DNA of 64,000 nucleotides from Perkinsus olseni (Eukaryota): NCBI GenBank assembly GCA_013115125.1, contig JABANN010000028.1, positions 1 to 64,000 of the forward strand, read 5' to 3'. Shown piece by piece: positions 53,043 to 64,000 of this stretch (position 1 is its first letter; each line of letters starts with the position of its first letter). The notes under the pieces were generated by a model. It saw only the letters and a program-made list of their open reading frames with translations, ran no database searches and was not told where the DNA came from. The position numbers and the translations under genes were made by a program.

Positions 53043-55199
53043 ATGTTCTCGACAGTCTTCTCAGCCCTCCTGTGTTATGCAGCCGCCCTAACTCCAGTTG
53101 ATCCGAACTACACATGCACGTCCGCATGTGAGTCTACGGCAAGCTGTGCCAACGATCCTCAAGCTCATGGTTCATACTGTAAATACTGGCAGACAACGTC
53201 TACATGTTTCGGTTTCTACATTCGGGACAACGGCTCTCTGTGCTACCAGCCCAACGATCCCACGTGTGATGACAGTGTTCTAGAACCAATGCTGTGTGTC
53301 GAAGCCCCCACTCTCACCACTGAATCCCCAATTGCTGGTGGTGACAGTCTACCGGACGATGATCACGATGATCCTGCTGAAACTCCGGTTGAAACCACCG
53401 CCGAACCTCAGGTCGAGACCACTGCCGAGCCTCCGGTAGAGACCACTGCCGAGCCTCCGGTAGAGACCACTGCCGAGCCTCCGGTAGAGACCACTGCTGA
53501 GCCTCCGGTAGAGACCACTGCTGAGCCTCCGGTCGAGACCACTGCTGAGCCTCCGGTCGAGACCACTGCCGAGCCTCCGGTTGAAACTACTGCTGAGCCT
53601 CCGGTCGAGACCACTGCTGAGCCTCCGGTCGAGACCACTGCTGAGCCTCCGGTCGAGACCACTGCTGAGCCTCCGGTCGAGACCACTGCCGTACCTCCGG
53701 TTGAGACTACTGCCGTACCTCCGATCGAGACCACTGCAGAGCCTCCGGTCGAGACCACTGCTGAGCCTCCGGTCGAGACCACTGCAGAGCCTCCGGTCGA
53801 GACTACTGCTGAGCCTCCAATCAAGACCACTGCAGAGCCTCCGGTCGAGACTACTGCGGAGCCTTCGGTTGAGACCACCGTCGAGCCTTCGGCTGAGACC
53901 ACTGCTGGTTCATCGGTTCCGCTCAGCACCACTGAGCCTCTCGTCGCTGACGGAGATAGTTTGCCAGACGATGATGTGACTGACATCACCGAGCCTCCGA
54001 TTGAGACTACTGCTGAACCTCCAGTTGAGACCACTGCTGAACCGTCGGTTGAGACCACCGCTGAGCCTCCGGTTGAAACCACTGCTCAGCCTCCGGTTGA
54101 GACCACCGCTGAGCCTCCGGTTGAGACGACTGCTGAGCCTCCAGTTGAGACTACTGCTGAGCCTCCAGTTGAGACTACTGCTGAGCCTCCAGTTGAGACT
54201 ACTGCTGAGCCCCCGGTTGGGACTACTGCCGTACCTCTGGTTGAGACTACTGCCGTACCTCCGGTTGAGACCACTGCTGAGCCTCCGGTTGGGACCACTG
54301 CCGTACCTCCGATTGAGACCACTGCCGTACCTCCGGTTGAGACTACTGTCGTACCACCGGTTGAGACTACTGTCGTACCTCCGCTGGAGACTACTGCTGA
54401 ACCCTCGGTTGAGACTACTGCTCAGCCCTCGGTTGAGACTACTGCTGAACCGCCAGTTGAGACAACTGTCGTACCTCCGGTTGAGACTACTGCCGAACCC
54501 CCAGTTGATTCCACTGCTGAGCCCTCGGTTGAGACCACTGCTGAGCCTCCGGTCGAGACCACTGCTGAGCCTCCGGTTGAGACCACTGCTGAGCCTTCGG
54601 TTGAGACTACTTCTGAACCGACAGTCAAGACTACTGCTGAGCCTCCGGTTGAGACCACTGCTGAGCCCTCGGTTGAGACTACTGCTGAACCGCCAGTTGA
54701 GACTACCGCTGAACCGCTGGCTGAGACTACTGCTGAGCCTCCGGTTGAGACGACTGCCGTACCTCCGGTTGAGACCACTGCCGTGCCTCCGGTTGAGACC
54801 ACTGTCGTACCTCCGGCTGACACCACTGCCGTACCTCCGGTTGACACAACTGCCGTACCTCCGGTTGAGACCACTGCCGTACCTCCGGTTGAGACTACTG
54901 CTGAGCCTCCGGTTGAGACCACTGCTGAGCCTTCGGTTGAGACCACTGCTGAACCGCCAGTTGAGACTACTGCTGAACCGCTGGTTGAGACTACTGCTGA
55001 GTCTCCGGTTGAGACGACTGCCGTACCTCCGGTTGAGACGACTGCCGTACCTCCGGTTGAGACCACTGCCGTACCTCCGGTTGAGACCACTGCCGTACCT
55101 CCGGTTGAGACCGCTGCTGAACCACCGGTTGAGACCACTGCTGAGCCCTCGGTTGAGAACACTACTGAGCCTCCAATTGAGACTACAGCCAACGGTTGA
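53043..55199 (+). CDS. Secreted mucin-like protein: Cys-rich N-terminal domain plus long (PPVETTAE)n array, intronless
   Basis: Signal peptide; CTSACESTASCANDPQAHGSYCKYWQTTSTCFGFY...CYQPNDPTCDDSVLEPMLC; 24-bp tandem repeats. Confidence 0.9.
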   Translation: MFSTVFSALLCYAAALTPVDPNYTCTSACESTASCANDPQAHGSYCKYWQTTSTCFGFYIRDNGSLCYQPNDPTCDDSVLEPMLCVEAPTLTTESPIAGGDSLPDDDHDDPAETPVETTAEPQVETTAEPPVETTAEPPVETTAEPPVETTAEPPVETTAEPPVETTAEPPVETTAEPPVETTAEPPVETTAEPPVETTAEPPVETTAEPPVETTAVPPVETTAVPPIETTAEPPVETTAEPPVETTAEPPVETTAEPPIKTTAEPPVETTAEPSVETTVEPSAETTAGSSVPLSTTEPLVADGDSLPDDDVTDITEPPIETTAEPPVETTAEPSVETTAEPPVETTAQPPVETTAEPPVETTAEPPVETTAEPPVETTAEPPVETTAEPPVGTTAVPLVETTAVPPVETTAEPPVGTTAVPPIETTAVPPVETTVVPPVETTVVPPLETTAEPSVETTAQPSVETTAEPPVETTVVPPVETTAEPPVDSTAEPSVETTAEPPVETTAEPPVETTAEPSVETTSEPTVKTTAEPPVETTAEPSVETTAEPPVETTAEPLAETTAEPPVETTAVPPVETTAVPPVETTVVPPADTTAVPPVDTTAVPPVETTAVPPVETTAEPPVETTAEPSVETTAEPPVETTAEPLVETTAESPVETTAVPPVETTAVPPVETTAVPPVETTAVPPVETAAEPPVETTAEPSVENTTEPPIETTANG
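53385..55190 (+). repeat. 24-bp coding tandem repeat (CCTCCGGTTGAGACCACTGCTGAG)n in two blocks
   Basis: Direct reading; the blocks are separated by a duplicated GDSLPDDD spacer near 53950. Confidence 0.97.
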
Positions 55200-55555
55200 A
55201 ACCCAACCTAACTTCCGACGCTAACCATATATTCACTTAAATGGTCACACCTGTGCCCCAGAGGAGTGCGACCCATCACCTAGCTTGTCTTGATTTTTTC
55301 GAAACTATTCAATGTTCCAGTTTGTTCCAAATTGACCACCAATAATATGGTGACAATTAGTATGCATGCCTATGTATTTGAATTCTATATTGATTTTTCG
55401 AGTAGCCGTACTGTGAATACATAGTTTCTAGCAGTGTGAGAGTCTAGTGTTGGACAATCTGATCGCTTCTCAGCTAGTTTATCGCTGATATATTAGTCCC
55501 TAGCCCTGTGGCATCTTTCTCTGCAGGTTGTTGTCTTTGTCCCGGCTGTGTTCGT

Positions 55556-56620
55556 ATGTTGCGACTTGCCTTTGCAACTCTGCAAATGTTGGTGCTTGCC
55601 GCCGATGGGCAAGAGGTCGACTGCTCCATCATTTGCAGTGAAACTGAGGCCTGTGCTAACGATCCTCAGAGCCATGGCTCGTATTGCAAGTATTGGCAAA
55701 GTCCCTCAGTGTGCTTCGGCCTTTACGTCAGGGATGACGGGTCTACATGCTTCCAACCGAACGACTCAAGCTGCGATGATGACGTGCTGGAGCCCTTATA
55801 TTGCGACGGCAGCACGTCCACGGAGGTCCCTATAGCCCAAGGAGATAGTGTTGACCTGACGGAGCTACCTGACGAGGGAGATAGCGGGTCTCTAGGGCCT
55901 CAGATGACTACTGCTGAGCCTCCGGTTGAGACCACTGCTGAGCCTCCGGTTGAGACCACTGCTGAGCCTCCGGTTGAGACTACTGCCGTACCTCCGGTTG
56001 AGACCACTGCTGAGCCTCCGGTTGAGACCACTGCTGAGCCTCCGGTTGAGACTACTGCGGCACCTCCGGTCGAGACCACTGCTGAGCCTCCGGTTGAGAC
56101 CACTGCTGAGCCTCCGGTTGATACTACTGCGGTACCTCCGTTCGAGACCACTGCTGGGCCTCCGGTTGAGACCACTGCTGGGCCTCCGGTGGAGACCACT
56201 GCTGAGCCTCCGGTTGAGACTACTGCCGTACCTCCGGTTGAGACCACTGCTGAGCCTCCGGTCGAGACCACTGCTGAGCCTCCGGTCGAGACCACTGCTG
56301 AGCCTCCGGTTGAGACCACTGCTGAGCCTCCGGTTGAGACTACTGCTGAACCGCCGGTCGAGACCACTGCTGAGCCTCCGGTTGAGACCACTGCTGAGCC
56401 TCCGGTTGAGACTACTGCCGTACCTCCGATTGAGACTACTGCCGTACCTCCGGTTGAGACCACTGCTGAGCCTCCGGTTGAGACGAGTTTCGGGATCACG
56501 ACCGAGGCCATGGTCAAAGATCCAGCCGGAACTACGGGGCCCGTTGTTGAGACGGCTAATCCACCTGCCGAGACGATTATTCTCTTACCGGCCACCTCGA
56601 CTCTTCGAATTCTATCGTGA
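55556..56620 (+). CDS. Tandem paralog of the Cys-rich/PPVETTAE mucin-like protein, intronless
   Basis: Signal MLRLAFATLQMLVLAADG; CSIICSETEACANDPQSHGSYCKYWQSPSVCFGLY...CFQPNDSSCDDDVLEPLYC; same 24-bp repeat at about 55906-56484. Confidence 0.9.
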   Translation: MLRLAFATLQMLVLAADGQEVDCSIICSETEACANDPQSHGSYCKYWQSPSVCFGLYVRDDGSTCFQPNDSSCDDDVLEPLYCDGSTSTEVPIAQGDSVDLTELPDEGDSGSLGPQMTTAEPPVETTAEPPVETTAEPPVETTAVPPVETTAEPPVETTAEPPVETTAAPPVETTAEPPVETTAEPPVDTTAVPPFETTAGPPVETTAGPPVETTAEPPVETTAVPPVETTAEPPVETTAEPPVETTAEPPVETTAEPPVETTAEPPVETTAEPPVETTAEPPVETTAVPPIETTAVPPVETTAEPPVETSFGITTEAMVKDPAGTTGPVVETANPPAETIILLPATSTLRILS

Positions 56621-57049
56621 TCATAGAATAACACTTCTTTTCATTTTTGTCCCCTACTCAGTCGTATATAAGTATGAAGTTCATATCGCGTCATCCAACC
56701 ACACGCAAGAGTGTGTTTCCAATCCGCGATTTGTTGCGTGGGAAGTGATGAGAGAAATGCATGTGCTTCATCATCCAAGTCTTCATCGAAATGTCGGCAG
56801 GACTTGTATTAGCCGGTGCACTTTACGTTCTCAGAATGTCAACAGGGTGAAGGAGTGCCGTCGGCGATATTTACGCTTATTGCCTCTATTATCCCTCTGA
56901 GATCCGTAGGACAATCTTTATATCTATTTTCAGTAGTAGTACGGATGATTACGACAGCGCCTCTGGTATGATTGAAATGCTCACGCGTCTCATGCCATTG
57001 TGAGCTTCAGTAATCGAGTTGCCGAGAGATCCAATCGCCATGGTCAACG

Positions 57050-57690
57050 TTGTTCCGCTCCTCACTGGATGACTTAACCCAACAACCGCTCGGGATACGG
57101 TGTAATACACCGGGTGTATCAGTCGAAACAATCTTAACAATATCGCTACTGTGCCTGTTGGGCAACAAGACTCTGGTTGAACCACTTCTTCCCGTACTGT
57201 ACGATATTAGTTATCACTGGGAGGGACGTGACGGTCCTGAAACACCGATATTCCGCGGGAACACTGAAACCTTCATGCCTACTGTGTCTTCGCATCAACG
57301 ATGCTCCATGCCTCGTGATGATGAGCTGAAGACCTGGGTGCTTGGTATCTACGGCGAGGATCCGGCTGATGAACAGGAATCGAACTCGGGAGTACCTTAT
57401 CCGCAAGAGACTCCAATACAGGAAGCATGCCATGATCTCTCGGTAGGGCGTGAATAGGTTTATGAGATACTGGAATCCAATGCCTGAGTCCAACACGGTT
57501 TACGGCAAGAAGTGTGCCAGGATTGAGTGGCACTACCGAGTTCGCATATAGTCGACACCCGCATGATATCTGCTTCTCTGGACTTAAGCTTGAGCCAAAA
57601 CGGCTGAATCTTGACCCAGAACGGAACACCTGGACGTGTACGTGCTTAGCGAGGAAAGATGGTGTATATGTGCTTACCCGCAAGATGTGA
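57050..57690 (+). pseudogene. Possible degraded coding sequence of unknown origin
   Basis: Protein-like stretches (135-aa ORF, then HPHDICFSGLKLEPKRLNLD...) broken by stops; no family recognised. Confidence 0.25.
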
Positions 57691-58924
57691 GTTTGCGAAA
57701 GTGCCGCAGTACCATATAGAGCGACGCACGATCACAAACAAGCCGAATATGTTGGGAATGAAACTTCCCGTTGCCAGTAGCACTAAGAGGAGGAAGAGGC
57801 ACAACGTTTATAACTAGGAGACAACTCGATAACTTCAGAACGGTTGAGATACCACAACAGCTCTACTGAGCCTGGCGCACTATAAATTGTAGTCTATAAT
57901 TCACACAGTTTCCTATATGTGAGTATGGCATTGGAGAGACGAACAACTCCGTGTCGACCCAAAATATTCCACTGGGAGGGTGTGAGCAAGGCATACCAGT
58001 ATTACAGCTCATAAAAAGAAATGGGAAGTCCGCACCCAGAGTGACTCGGCTCATCCACATCTGGAAAGACTGCATGCCACTTCGAACCTACAACAGTTAA
58101 TCGAACATGTGATCAACGCGTGATGCAGTCGCACATTCCCTCTAGCGACGCTTACCGGCGGGAGACCATAGTTGGTCCAGATGGTGTAGACGCAGACGAA
58201 AGCACTGGCCATAAAGGTCATCCGGTAAAAGACCAACGACGGTATCTGGGCTATGTAGGCCTGCGAGAAACAATAGATTACGCACGACGTATCAGAGCAG
58301 TTGTTATTACGACAAGAGGGATGATGTAAAGCACAGCATTAACCAGTACAAGCATGTGCATGGAGAAGGCCACAGCAGCAGGGCTAGTGGCTGCCGATTG
58401 GCCCGCGGCAGCTCCTGAACACTAGCAGGTCCCTCAGTTGAGGCCCCATTCACCGGTACTACCTTGGGCTGGCTTCCTAAACCGGGTATATGCTAAGTAG
58501 CCTAGAAGAGGGATAATCCACCACGGTACTGGCATCATGATACTTTATGTAAAACTCTGAGTCGGACTACTCTCGACTGTCGCCGTAATCCTGACCTCAG
58601 GGACCCCATCCGCCGGCGGCGGACCCCGACAATAGCGCGCGCCCCGCATGCTATCGTAGACGAGATTGTGCGGCTTAGACAAGGGGTTGTACCGGAGATA
58701 CAATGGTTACCGCAGTGCTCATTGTTCCGATCTCAGTATCCACAGATTCAGCAGCGATGCTCGGCCGCCACGTGGCACGCCGCTTTTTGGAGTCGTCGGA
58801 GCGCCATATCCTCCCATAACGACCGCACTTTTCCTTTCATTCTCTCTCACGGCTTCAGACAACAGAATCAACCATTCGCTGTGCTCCGTGCTCGTCTCTG
58901 TACAGCGGCGATTGGTTGCGCTGA

Positions 58925-59728
58925 ATGGCAGATCCTCCTCTCGCTGATGGCGAACGGTCAGCGTCCCAGATTGAAAAGGAGTTCGACTCCTATTTGCGGA
59001 CCTCAATTTTCGGGCCAGATCGACGTAATGAGGGGAACAGGGGAACGGCTCCTTCCCCGGGGACACGCGGGAGGTGCAAGCTCAATCTCAGGCGTAAAGT
59101 GGCCAGAGCCTGTGAGCGACTTACCGGCTGGTGGTCGTCCGAGCGAGTCTGATCTAGCCAGTCAGGCCCGCCCTAGCAGTTCAAATGCCGTCCATCGTAA
59201 CCAGATGACGGACAGCTTCCTTATCGAGCAGTTGTCCTCGGAGTTGGAGACCTTGCCCCTCCGGGATAGAGTGGATGAGCTAACTAGGACCCTCGACCAT
59301 CTCAAATCTGCCCACAGTACTATGCAGTCTCAAGTGGGAAGGCCTCGTCACCTGTGGGCGCACCGTCGCCCTAGGTACGGCGGAAGTTGGAGCAACTCGC
59401 GAGCGAGACCTCTTCGTCATCTAGGAATCTTGCGGGGGCCCTGGAGCAATCTGCCGTTGGGCTTCGAGACTGTGAAAGGTCAGTACGAGGATGATGGCCA
59501 TCGCTGGCCATGGGATAGGACTTTAGGGGAGCCATGGAAATACGGTCGATTCTTGAGGGTCATATTAGTAAAATGGAAAATAGTATAGCTGGGCTGGGAA
59601 GGCAGCTAGAAGATATAGTAGACAGACAGCAGCGAGCAGAAGCCGTGGTGAGAGGACGGCAGAGATCGTGGCAGGCCAACTCTGTCCCATAACAGATCCT
59701 TGAAGTTGAGCACCTCGCTCGTGACTAA
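58925..59728 (+). CDS. Hypothetical coiled-coil protein, multi-exon
   Basis: MADPPLADGERSASQIEKEFDSYLRTSIFGPDR|VKWPEPV...|...IEQLSSELETLPLRDRVDELTRTLDHLKSAHSTMQSQ|VRRKLEQL splice in frame. Confidence 0.55.
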
Positions 59729-59883
59729 GCTAACAGAGAGTTGACCCAACCATGTACGCATGAAGCATGATCCTCATTTCATCGACCTTCATTGGACAGA
59801 ATTGTGTTGGTAGAAGAACAGTGATGCTGTCGATCAGTTCCATTCGTTCCTTCGGGCATCAACACTCCCTCAACGCCAGAAAC

Positions 59884-62800
59884 ATGTCCCTACCATCCTT
59901 AGCAGTGTCCTACTCGCAAGAGGACTGGGCCTTCATGCTCGATGATGCCGATCGATATGCAGTCACTGTGGTCTTCATGGTACTTGGCCGAGGCCATAGT
60001 TCTGTCTTGGTCGACTTGACGCCCCTGTTTAGATCGGACTGGCCATATGCCTGTTCGTAATTGATGAGTTCCGCGGCACCCGGCCGAAGGCTTCGGCAGC
60101 GTTCATGCCGGTTTTCTATCCAGATGAGAGTATTCCATGGTAAGAGCGGGGTCTCTGGGTGGGGTAATGATTTTGGAGGCATCAGGGCAAAACTGAACGA
60201 CTATGAGTACTTCTCTGGGCTTTTTGGCCTCGGTATTCGTAAGTGGGGCCTGTGGAAGTGGGCTACGAAGGTAGTTCGCCGCAGCGCAACTAAGTCAACC
60301 AAAAGTAGTGGACTAAGTTAAGCCCGCTAGAGTTGGACTTTGACTTATCAGAGTCGGAAGGCGAGGAAGACGAGCATTCTTATCGTGACATGGACCTACC
60401 CTGGACCACGGTTGTGCATGCGTACATCGGGTATATGGTACTGTTCATAAAGGGGATACTACGAGAGTGTCTCTGGACTGTAACGTTCAACAAGAATAAG
60501 AATGCCAGCGAGAACTGGTGCCCGCAGTGGTGGAAGGAGTTCTATACTCAGCACATGTAGGAAGGGGTGATAGTGCTCTCTAGTCTGTCTATTCATAGAA
60601 TGTCGGCTGGGTTCACCATGCTCCCAGTTGGAGTCTCAGGCATCCGTGCTTGCTCTTAGGTACCGAAGGATCGAAGACTGCTGGAATCGGCCTATTTGTT
60701 CAGCACCGGGCAGCACCATTGATGTGATGTCTGCCTTTCGACCTGCGTGTTACGTGCCGGGGTGGCTTTAGATACTCGTACGTTCTCGCCACGATCACAT
60801 GGCCAAGCGTTTTGGGAAATTCCAACCGACTGGAGAGGTTCAGAAAGGTTGCATCAATCTGGCTTCTTACAACTACCTAGGTTTTGGAGGGACAGATGAA
60901 TACTGTAGTGAAGATCCTCGATCCTCGCAGAGTATCTTTAGGTCAACCTCAGGCACTCCGCTGGCGATCAAAGCACTGGATCAGTATGGATTGGCAGTTT
61001 GCGCGTCGAGGCCAGAATACGGAGGTAGCCTCCCACCCTTCCTCAGTTATTCCCCAGTGGTCGTTCATCAGGAACGAATAGACTTCACAACGAGTTCGAA
61101 GCCAAGGTGGCTGCGTTCTTGGGGAAAGAAGATGCCTTAGTCATGGGCATGGGCTTTGCCACTAACAGTAATACTCAGGGACGGTTCCGGTGGGTGGGCG
61201 CCTCTGTGACGTGGTAGTGTAAGCATACTGTTCGCTCAGCCTTGAGGACTGTGGATGTTGTTCCGATCGAAATTCCGATTCGGAATTATCCCTAGCGAAC
61301 GTGGCTGGTACTCTTCCAAGAGCGCTAGTGATCGTGAATATTAGTATTCTTGCCCGTAATCGTGTGCCTTCGTCGAGCGAGAGAGATCCCTATGCTATCG
61401 TACGGGGATGACTACGCAGCACACAGGCCATCTCAGACATTGCTCGCTACAGGTACCTTCCTCGGTGCCTTGGCGATGACCGAGTGCGGATCATTAGCTA
61501 AGAGGGTAGTGCCAATATCTTACTTGTGTTGCCTTGCTTCATCACAGCCTCTGGTGCAGCTCTGTCACTCTGACGAAGGGATGTCCCGGAGGTATCAGTT
61601 GAGGATCGACTTCGTTTTCAGACCCTTTTTGTCTCCGATCAACTTAATCATAAGTCGATCGTGGAAGGTGTTAAGCAGAGCAGCGCCAAGGTCATTGGCT
61701 TTAAGCACAACAATATGCATGACCTTGAAAAAATTTTGGATAGAGAAACTCGTAATTTTCATACGTGCTGACACCAACTCCTCCGGGAATCGTGTGAATT
61801 CAGGCTCGGGTAAATGGGCGAAGATTGTTATACTGGTGGAGGGCATATATTCCATGGAAGGCGAGTTCTGTCGATTGAGAGAATCGGTATGTCCACGCTT
61901 CTTCGATCGCCCTGGCCCTTTGCGCATTCACAGTGACGGTCAGGTTTCTTTAAAGAACAAGTACAAATGTTATCTCTGGTTGGACGAGGCTCACTCGATT
62001 GGAGCAGTCGGGCCTACTGGAAGGGGCGTTTCTGAGCTCTTCGATGTTGGTAATAACTTATCACCAACTATTGCCGTGTCTCATTACCTACAAGACAATA
62101 GCCGATGCCGATCGATGGAAGTGCGCAGTCGACCGCTCTCGAATCTGATATCTACTAGGTGGCTACTACACCTCTGCCGTTTCTTCGTGGGTTTCTTCCT
62201 GCCGTAGCTTAATTTTTCGCGTAGAACAGTGTTGTTCGCGATGGAAGAACGAGTGTGGTTATCGTGATAGAGTCGACGGTGCAGATACGTCTGAGATCGA
62301 CATTATGATGGGGACTTTCACCAAGTCCTTCGGTTCCAACGGCGGTTATATCGCCAGTACCAACGAGTGCATTCAGGTGGGTCTTACTTCCGATGCCAAC
62401 CACGTCCCCCAGTGATGCCTTCTTTCAGCACCTTCGTCGCTGCTCCTTGGGTTGGTTACACGGTGCAGCGATGCCGCCAATGGTCACAGCACAGGCCATG
62501 GCTGCTTTAGATCTACTCTCGACCGAGCGAGGCAAGGCTAAGGTATGGGGAGCCTCCGAAGAGATCTTCGGGGTGGATGCTTTCTGGCAGTTACGTGCAG
62601 TGCGGGTGAACGCCAACTACCTTCGTGAAGGTCTGATGAAACTTAACCTGCGGGTCATCGGCGATATCGACTCTCCCGTCATCTGCGTTATGCTGGTAAG
62701 CTCTGCGCCGTCGCTGCTGTCGTGTATCATGCCTCGGCAGGTTCATCCGGAGAAGATCGCACAGTTTTCCCGAGAGTGCCTGGAGAGGAACATTGCGGCT

Positions 62801-64000
62801 GTTGTGGTACGTCCCGAGAAGCCTTCACTGTCCTGATTCTGCATGAGGCATTGCTCAGGTTGGATATCCAGCAACCCCAGTTATCCTGTCTCGTGCCCGC
62901 TTCTGTGTGAGCGCTAGTCACACCAAGGAGCAACTGGACGCCACGCTAGAGGCTGTGAAGGAGGTCTCTAAAATCGTTGGTAGTGCCACCTCGTGGTCTC
63001 CAGAGGTCCATTGACTCTGTTCTAGACATCGAGTATGGCAACAACACGAATGAGTCAGCAGCGCGGGCATACAGGACGTACCTGTCCGAAGCCCCGATCA
63101 TTACCAACCCTTTGCCGGGCTTGGAGACCTACTGGAACCCCGAGCCTCTTGTCCCTAACTACACTGATACAGAGAGGGAGAGCTTGTCAAGCAAGAGTGA
63201 GCAGTGACGATGGCTTATGGGACGGTTAAGCAGTGGCGGTGCCTATCGGGACGGTTGCCATCCCGCATGATGGACTTTTATTCGAGCGGCGTGCCGGATG
63301 ATGGGAGATTTTAATAGTGATGCGGGGTCTCCCAAGCATTTCTAGTTCTCTTGCAGAGCTTCGAAGATTTCATCCCACTGTGGTTGAGATCTAGCTCGAT
63401 GTTCTGGGCCGTAGTATGCATGGATTGGTGCCTCAATAGGTACATCTGCAACCAGTTCTCCTCGAGACGGCCGCTCGAGTGAGTCCGAAGATGAGCGACG
63501 CGACTCCTTGGTCGATTTTGCCACCATTGATCCATTGTCCCTTCAACACAAGCCTGATGAGAAGTTGATGGAGGTGGCTAGATCTGTCGTCAGGGCGAAG
63601 GGCGTTGGTGCGTGCGGACCGAGGGGCTTCTATGGTACGCTGGGGTTCTCGGCGGACTCATCGTTGACCTCGGAATGGCGTAGGTACCACGGTGGAGCAC
63701 TTGGACTTGGAGAAGGCTATCTCGGAATTCCTTGGCACCGAGGCAGCTATCGTGTACAGTCATCACACAGTGTCCGACTCTAGTGTGGTAAGTCGTGGTG
63801 ACTGCGCTGGCTCAGCTCCTGTGTTGTATCAAGCTTCATTTGATCGTGGGGGGAAGTTCGTCCATGTTCTTGGAATTTTGTGGCGCGCGGTCATGGTTGC
63901 CGATGGTCATCAGATTCAAGCGTTCATCACTAAGAACGACTTCGCTATCGTCCATAAGGATGCCAACGCACATATGTGCACCGGTCTCAACCTCTCTCGT
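59884..64000 (+). CDS. Serine palmitoyltransferase, single-chain LCB2-LCB1 fusion (truncated by window end)
   Basis: LCB2 half: [70 protein letters not shown]1 half: [34 protein letters not shown]. Confidence 0.9.

Noticed and set aside
53385-56484. Regular repeats superficially like a CRISPR array
   Set aside because: Contiguous coding repeats without unique spacers; eukaryotic context and no cas genes.
53408-56900. Leu/Arg-rich and GGSAVVST ORFs in other frames and on the other strand
   Set aside because: Alternative-frame readings of the stop-free 24-bp repeat.
58668-59588. 306-aa ORF as a single-exon gene
   Set aside because: Lacks an ATG start and reads through apparent introns; the spliced model from 58925 fits better.

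Overview
Compact, intron-dense eukaryotic (alveolate) genomic DNA. The ~40-60 nt introns, degenerate GT/GC donors, tightly packed same-strand genes and Cys-rich secreted repeat proteins suggest a Perkinsus-like parasite (inference, no database check). Spliced genes read by hand: cullin, exosome CSL4, a SAP-domain protein, COG8, NADH-cytochrome b5 reductase, an NPC1-N-terminal-like secreted protein, an M3 oligopeptidase, two tandem SRSF3/7-type SR proteins, ELF1, an ATG1/ULK kinase, RPB2 and serine palmitoyltransferase. Intronless genes: a phospholipase B-like enzyme, an 11-mer repeat protein and two PPVETTAE mucin-like proteins. Most notable: (1) a single-chain LCB2-LCB1 fused SPT; (2) candidate poison exons in the same long RRM intron of both SR paralogs; (3) a tRNA-Trp and a retro-integrase relic nested antisense in ATG1 introns; (4) a recurrent CGCGCCACRAAA motif in introns and an intergenic gap; (5) long introns closed by strong stems; (6) a stand-alone NPC1-NTD-like protein. 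Exon boundaries are manual and CDS spans include introns.
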